From Bacillota bacterium (GTDB lineage Bacteria; Bacillota; DTU025): a DNA stretch of 64,000 bases. The first letter of the stretch is position 1. Each line of letters begins with the position of its first letter. Below are positions 58,745-64,000 of this stretch, piece after piece. The DNA lies in the NCBI GenBank assembly GCA_050951805.1, contig JBMNJT010000008.1:1-64000 (forward strand). The letters are read 5' to 3'. Made by a program: the position numbers and the translations under genes. The notes under the pieces are model-generated. The model ran no database searches and was not told the origin of the DNA. It saw nothing but the letters and a program-made list of their open reading frames with translations.

Positions 58745-59459
58745 GATATCGCATTGAAATGGCAGGAATGCCAGTACATCTGACTTTTGCAGAAACTGAT
58801 TGGCTTTTGATAGGCAAGAGATGTCTTACTGTATGTCCAGGAATATAACGAATCGGGGCCATAGGCTCTGGTTATTCTACTGCATATATTTCTGTCAGTA
58901 TCATAGGCATGAGATCAAAAAGATGATGCTGAAGGCGGGCATTGCGACTGCTAAGGTTGCAGTCGTTCTGAAGTCCGACCTGACACAGGCTTACAATGTC
59001 AAGGAGGGCGTTAGGGTGCATACCGTGGCTATATGGGGAGCTGGCCATATGGGCCGGACTGTTTTCGGCATAATAGAAATACAGAGAACGGCAGCGAAAA
59101 TGTCACAGGAGAAATCGAAGATTAAAAAGGCATAACCACCACGCCACAAGAATACCTCCCTAGATTTGGCTGTGACCAATCGGGGAGGTAACGTGGAGTG
59201 ATCGCTATGCCTGTACAGTATTATATCAAGCATGCCTTCGAAAACGAAGGTGCATCTATCAGGAGGCATTTGCGTTGTAGCCGATTTCTCGCGCATGCCA
59301 GTTGCATAATTTGTCAAAAGCAGCTTCCTCCCTGGCAATGAAGCAGTCTCATTTGCCGAGGTAGGCGTCAACAGGCTGTTTTCAGCTCGCTATGGGAAAA
59401 ATGGGCACCTTAAACTAACCGCACTGGCATCTCATTGTTCAGTTCATCAAAGGCTGCTT

Positions 59460-60725
59460 TTATGCAGCCTGGACAAGGCTACGGAGTTTGTCCCCTTGTT
59501 TCGTTTTTATCCTGCCCAAAGCCATTGCAAGCATTGTTATAAGGGCTAGTGAGCATCTGAGGTTCATTTTCCTAAGCCCGCGGACACAATGGTCTTCAAA
59601 ACCGAAGACCCGGTCTATCCTGCTGTTTACCCGTTCCACTGCGGTGCGCTTGTTATAAATCTTTTTCCACTTGGCGCTTGGCCTCGCAACCGGAGTGAAC
59701 ACCCTTCTATCTTCACATAATGGGATCCGTACTCCACTTTTGACTGGGCAGGCGTCTTTGCCCCGGCATTCCACACCATAGTATTTGGCAGGGCAGAGGC
59801 ACTTCAAGGCGTCACGATCCTTCTCAAAGCCCCCCGGAACCATCTCGCGCCTTCTATTGTCTTCGGGTGAGTAGCAGTAGACGGTCCCTTTGTAATCGTA
59901 GACCACGTTTTCTCTGCCGGTAACCAGCTTTGTCCTCCCCGTCCTCCGGCGCGGCGATGCGGCGCGCGTCCCAGGGCGCACGGGCGCGCCTTGTCGCCGG
60001 AGTGCACCGTCCGATTCCGGCAGCCAGCGCCTTCGCACTAGAGTGCGCGCCTCCTTTATCTCGCTCCTCGACGCCTGCGTAACCCGAAAAGCTACAGGCA
60101 GCTCGTAGTTGGCGTCCACAATAAGATGCAGTTTATATCCGAACTAGCTCATGGTCTTCTCCCATACGCTGCCATCCTTGTTCTTGCCTTTATATGTTTT
60201 CACTCCGAAATTCGCATCTATGTCCCGGCGCCCATCATAAGGTTTTTCGCTCTCGGCACGTCTTGGCTTTGCGTAGCTCTCCAGCGCTTTCCCGTCTATA
60301 GCAAGCGTCTCCCCAAAGTCCGGGAGTTCGTCGCATAACATCCTTACCAGGTTATCGAACATCTCATCGAGTTCTTTTTGGTGCGTCATCAGTCTCCTCA
60401 AAAACCGCGTGTACGCCGATGATGAAGGGACTCCTTCTACGCCCAGGGTGATGTCAAAGCCACAAACCTGGCGGAGCTGTGCGTTTCTCGATAATTCCCT
60501 GCGAAGGCTCTCGATAGTTGGATGCTGGAACACAATGCCTGCCAATACTGAATTCCATACTGCTCTGACCGGATAGTCATTCCTGCCATTGGCCCGTTCG
60601 TTCTCTAGCGCCTGCATCAACTCTTCATCAGGCAGGTAATCTATAACAAGCTTCAACCGCTCCAAATCGCCCAATTCCTCGACCTCGTCCCACTTGAACA
60701 GCTGCTTCTGTGGTATAATTGCCAT
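59460..60725 (-). pseudogene. DDE transposase with in-frame TAG and replaced internal segment
   Basis: GRNDYP..ELSRN..CGF, AIDG, *FGYKLHLIVD..ELP, Y.KRTAVERVNSR; TAG at 60146-60144; ADKGYD-type motif missing. Confidence 0.85.
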
Positions 60726-60898
60726 GAAGGTAACCCCCTGTGTCTCCGTTGTTAGCGCTACTTACAACATTTGACACTTTGGGCTGGTTGCCTTCATTTT
60801 TCTCGCCGCAAAACGGGCTTTTCCCATGGGGGAAACGGTCTTTTAGCCGCCTTTCAAACCCGCGTTATCGTGGGCTTTCGTTACATCGAAAATGGCTT
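59460..60898 (-). mobile_element. Inactivated insertion sequence (DDE transposase, IS5/IS1182-like; family not firmly assigned)
   Basis: Transposase pseudogene plus upstream region; an MFS-like fragment resumes near 60895; downstream end not resolved. Confidence 0.75.
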
Positions 60899-61109
60899 CA
60901 GCATATGTCTACAGAAAGAGGTGGCCAAAGAGGTTGTGGGACGGGTCTATAGCCTGGATATGAGCCTGAGCAATGGGGCGATGATATTCTCTATTGTGAT
61001 GACCACGGCTCTGGGAGACGGCTTTTTTAAACACTGCTCTTATCCTGACATTTGTAGGCTTTGTCATCGCAATCAGTCTGTATGGTTCAAGCAAGATGGC
61101 TGCGCTTGA
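60895..61109 (+). pseudogene. C-terminal fragment of an MFS transporter
   Basis: LQKEVAKEVVGRVYSL..LSNGAMIFSIV..ALGD resembles MFS TM11-12; begins at the IS edge. Confidence 0.45.
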
Positions 61110-61157
61110 CCAGGAAGCGTAAGGAATATTGCAAATAGCACGAGGAAGTAAAGGGGG

Positions 61158-62093
61158 ATGGAAAGCGTGGACCTGATTCTTGATGTTAGAAACTTGGCCC
61201 GAAGTTTCGGCCCCAAGAAGGCTGTTGACGGCATCAGCTTTGGGGTGCCCCGTGGAGAGATCATGGGGCTGCTCGGTCCGAACGGGGCCGGCAAAACTAC
61301 TGCTATCCGCATGATCATGGGCATCCTCGTGCCGGATGCCGGCGAGATAAGCTTCGATTTCGACGGGCACCCCCAGGCACTTGACAAAAGCAAGATCGGC
61401 TACCTGCCTGAAGAGAGGGGTCTTTACGAGGATGTCAAAGTCTGCGACAATTTGGTCTATTTGGCCAGCTTGAAGGGGCTACCTGCCGAGGAGGCGCGGC
61501 GGGAGGCGCTACGATGGCTGGACCGGCTCGATCTGGGCGAATATGCTGATCAAAAGCTAGAGAAGCTCTCCAAGGGGATGCAGCAGAAGGTGCAGTTTGT
61601 GGCCTCAGTGCTGCACCGGCCAGAGTTGGTTCTCTTTGACGAGCCTTTTGCAGGACTCGATCCGGTGAACCAGGACTTATTCAAAGGGCTCATTCGAGAG
61701 CTTCAGGCCGGCGGGACCACCGTGCTGCTTTCTGCGCACCAGATGAACTTGGTCGAGGAACTCTGCGATTCGATCTTCCTGATCAATCACGGTCGCGAGG
61801 TTCTTTCGGGCAAGCTTGAGGAGATCAAAGAGAGCTACAAAGAGAATATTGTCGAGCTCCGTTATGATGCGACCGAAGAGGGCGACTTCCTCAAGATAAT
61901 TCCTGGGCTGCGAGTACTGAGGGAGCAGCCGGGGCTGGCGGTTATGCGCTACAGTGGCAATGACGTCAACGCTTTGCTGCAGGAGTTTGCATCGAGGCTG
62001 ACTGTCAACGCGATCACAGTGGAAAAACCGCCGCTGCATGAGATCTTCGTTGAGACCGTTCGCGAAAGGGGTGAGGATGTTGAAGTGGCCTAA
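61158..62093 (+). CDS. ABC-2 exporter ATP-binding protein (NatA/YhaQ-like)
   Basis: GPNGAGKTT, GYLPEERGLY, LSKGMQQK, DEPF.GLDP, C-terminal PPLHEIF. Confidence 0.95.
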   Translation: MESVDLILDVRNLARSFGPKKAVDGISFGVPRGEIMGLLGPNGAGKTTAIRMIMGILVPDAGEISFDFDGHPQALDKSKIGYLPEERGLYEDVKVCDNLVYLASLKGLPAEEARREALRWLDRLDLGEYADQKLEKLSKGMQQKVQFVASVLHRPELVLFDEPFAGLDPVNQDLFKGLIRELQAGGTTVLLSAHQMNLVEELCDSIFLINHGREVLSGKLEEIKESYKENIVELRYDATEEGDFLKIIPGLRVLREQPGLAVMRYSGNDVNALLQEFASRLTVNAITVEKPPLHEIFVETVRERGEDVEVA

Positions 62094-63285
62094 CGTGAAG
62101 AGAGTCTTTCGTTGGGAGTTTCTCAAGAACCTGAGAAGCCCGCTTTTCGTGGTAACAACGCTGATGATCCCGTTGATCATGCTGCTGTCAGTCGGTATCA
62201 GCTATTATGCCGGCACCAGGACTACCCAAGCCAAACTGGACGTTGCAGTGATTGACGAGACCGGGGAGCTCTTTCCCTATCTGGAATCAGCCTTTTCGAG
62301 CACGTCGGTCACGTTAAGCCTGAGTGAGCCTGCACAGCAGGAACGTCTGGCAGGTCAGGTGGAGGAAGGCGAGCTCAGCGGCTACCTTATTTTTACCCCG
62401 GAGAACGTGCAGACTGGGGTCATCGATTACTACGTCCTTTCCGCCAACGATGTGAATGTGGGGCTTCTCGACAGGCCGGTCAAAACAGCGCTGACTTCGT
62501 ACCGGTTAGAGAAAATGGGGCTTACAGTAGAGGAAATCGGGCTGGCTACTGCGCCGATGGTTCTGCAACCTCGCAGCATAAGCGGTGAAGGGATCTCGAT
62601 AGTTGGGGCGATCGCTCCCTTTGTTGTCAGCATAATTCTGCTCATTGCCGTGATGACCTCGGGGCAGGTGCTCATGTACGGGGTGCTCAAAGAGAAGCGG
62701 AACCGTATTGTGGAGATACTGCTCTCGTCGGTTTCCGCAGTTGATCTGCTGCTCGGCAAGATTTTAGGCCTTGGCCTTCTAGGTGTGCTGCAGATCGGGA
62801 TCTGGATGGTGGTGGGGCTTGTTGCGGCCAGCCGCTTCATCGACCTGAGCCAACTGGGGATGACCGCAGGGGCTATTCTCCCCATGCTTCTTTTCCTCAT
62901 TGGGGGCTACATCATGTTTGCCGCCCTCTTTGCGGCCATTGGAGCAACGATGAAAAGCGTTGAGGAGGGCAGCCAGGCGCAGTCCACCGTCGTTCTCATC
63001 CCGATGATCCCAATGTTTGCTTCCAGCGCGATCATCATGTCGCCCAATGCGCTTTGGGTGCGGATCTGCAGTCATATACCGGTCTTCACGCCAGTGATGA
63101 TGCTGATGCGCCTCTCGGTTACGACCGTGCCGGCGTGGGAGATAGCAACTACTTTTGCCGCTTTGATGTTGGGGTTGGTTTTCTTTGTCATATTCGGCGC
63201 ACGCATCTTCAGCCGTGGTCTGCTGCAATTCGATCGGACGCTCTCTTTTAGAGAGATAGAGAGAATGATGCGTAAAGATTACTAG
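62077..63285 (+). CDS. ABC-2 exporter permease (NatB/YhaP-like)
   Basis: EKRNRIVEILLSS, GKILG, N-terminal TM plus extracytoplasmic domain plus 5 TM. Confidence 0.93.
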   Translation: MLKWPNVKRVFRWEFLKNLRSPLFVVTTLMIPLIMLLSVGISYYAGTRTTQAKLDVAVIDETGELFPYLESAFSSTSVTLSLSEPAQQERLAGQVEEGELSGYLIFTPENVQTGVIDYYVLSANDVNVGLLDRPVKTALTSYRLEKMGLTVEEIGLATAPMVLQPRSISGEGISIVGAIAPFVVSIILLIAVMTSGQVLMYGVLKEKRNRIVEILLSSVSAVDLLLGKILGLGLLGVLQIGIWMVVGLVAASRFIDLSQLGMTAGAILPMLLFLIGGYIMFAALFAAIGATMKSVEEGSQAQSTVVLIPMIPMFASSAIIMSPNALWVRICSHIPVFTPVMMLMRLSVTTVPAWEIATTFAALMLGLVFFVIFGARIFSRGLLQFDRTLSFREIERMMRKDY

Positions 63286-63377
63286 GCTACTGAAGGCTCA
63301 GGCTAGATGTTGCTTTAGGGCTGCGTCAATCTATAGTCGAGAAGAGCAAGGGGTAGTTGTATCTTGGATGGGGTGGG

Positions 63378-63854
63378 ATGATCATGGATTGCAGCTTTAA
63401 GACAGAGCAAGGCAGGTTCAATTACCGGGTTGGGGCGATCATAATTCATGAAAACAGAGTGTTGATGGTAAGAAGCAGTAGACAGCCCTGCTACTATTCC
63501 ATCGGGGGTCGTGTACATTTGCATGAGAGCTTGGAACAGGCTGTCATGAGAGAGGTCTATGAAGAAACTGGCGTGCCATTTGAAATAGATAGACTGGGGT
63601 ATGTTCATGAGAATTTCTTTGTGCTGGAGCCGACTGGAGAAGCCTTTCATGAGCTGGCACTTTATTACTACATGAAACCGATACAAGAATACTCATCAAT
63701 CAATGAAAGCCTCGTGGAAGATGGCGTTGAAGAGCGGCTAGAGTGGATTCCTCTAGACGAGATAGGCAACTACGAGGTATATCCGCAATTCTTCAAAGAT
63801 GAAACACTAGCTTCTGAGCATGATATTCTACATATTGTTAACCGCGAACGTTAG
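63378..63854 (+). CDS. NUDIX hydrolase
   Basis: GGRVHLHESLEQAVMREVYEETG Nudix box. Confidence 0.93.
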   Translation: MIMDCSFKTEQGRFNYRVGAIIIHENRVLMVRSSRQPCYYSIGGRVHLHESLEQAVMREVYEETGVPFEIDRLGYVHENFFVLEPTGEAFHELALYYYMKPIQEYSSINESLVEDGVEERLEWIPLDEIGNYEVYPQFFKDETLASEHDILHIVNRER

Positions 63855-64000
63855 AGTAGCTGGCAGGCTGAGATGGGGCTAGTAGGCTCCTTGCCTGGGT
63901 CGCGGCAAAGGCCCAGAGTAACGCTGTGGGCCCCACCTGGGGCCAAGCCGACTCCTGCTAGACGCCTCTTGGGGTGGCCCAATGGCGAGAGGGCAAGGAC

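Noticed and set aside
60144-60146. Pyrrolysine read-through of the transposase TAG
   Set aside because: It is a single TGG-to-TAG change at a conserved Trp, the gene has other damage, and no pyl genes or amber-containing methyltransferases are in the window
1-64000. CRISPR array, tRNA, rRNA, reverse transcriptase or defence system
   Set aside because: No regularly spaced repeats, cloverleaf or T-loop signatures, or relevant protein motifs were seen by eye; a covariance-model scan was not possible

Overview
A GC-rich (visually about 55-58%) chromosomal segment from an anaerobic, flagellated, Firmicutes-like bacterium. Its sugar-binding proteins lack lipoboxes, which hints at a diderm envelope. 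Bases 1-1390 are a lower-GC phage-like lysis module fused abruptly, at a GGATCC site, to the 3' end of fliR; this is probably a chimeric junction. Next come flhB-flhA-flhF-flhG, a PilZ brake gene and fliA, then a sugar ABC transporter and a uracil/xanthine permease. The most interesting part is about 14-33 kb, a cobalamin-dependent methyltransferase toolkit. It comprises a corrinoid protein, a RACo/RamA-type activator, a MetH reactivation-domain-like protein and four URO-D/MtaA-fold proteins. These genes are interleaved with a maltose-type ABC transporter, a duplicated binding protein, a ThuA-Gfo/Idh/MocA fusion, an amidohydrolase, and PocR-AraC and TrmB regulators. Three promoters share a TAGTAGT-N10-ACTACTA palindrome at an identical position. 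I infer a candidate anaerobic O-demethylation pathway for methylated sugars. Downstream lie galT-galK, a glucose/galactose ABC transporter, an atypical M24-fold gene and a ROK repressor. Then follow deoC, lplA, psuG, a nitroreductase, an M48 peptidase, an ECF sigma/anti-sigma pair, a GH1, mtnA, manA, a decayed toxin-antitoxin pair, kbl, a dead IS, an ABC-2 exporter and a NUDIX gene. No rRNA, tRNA or CRISPR array was seen. All family calls come from motif recognition by eye, not database searches.
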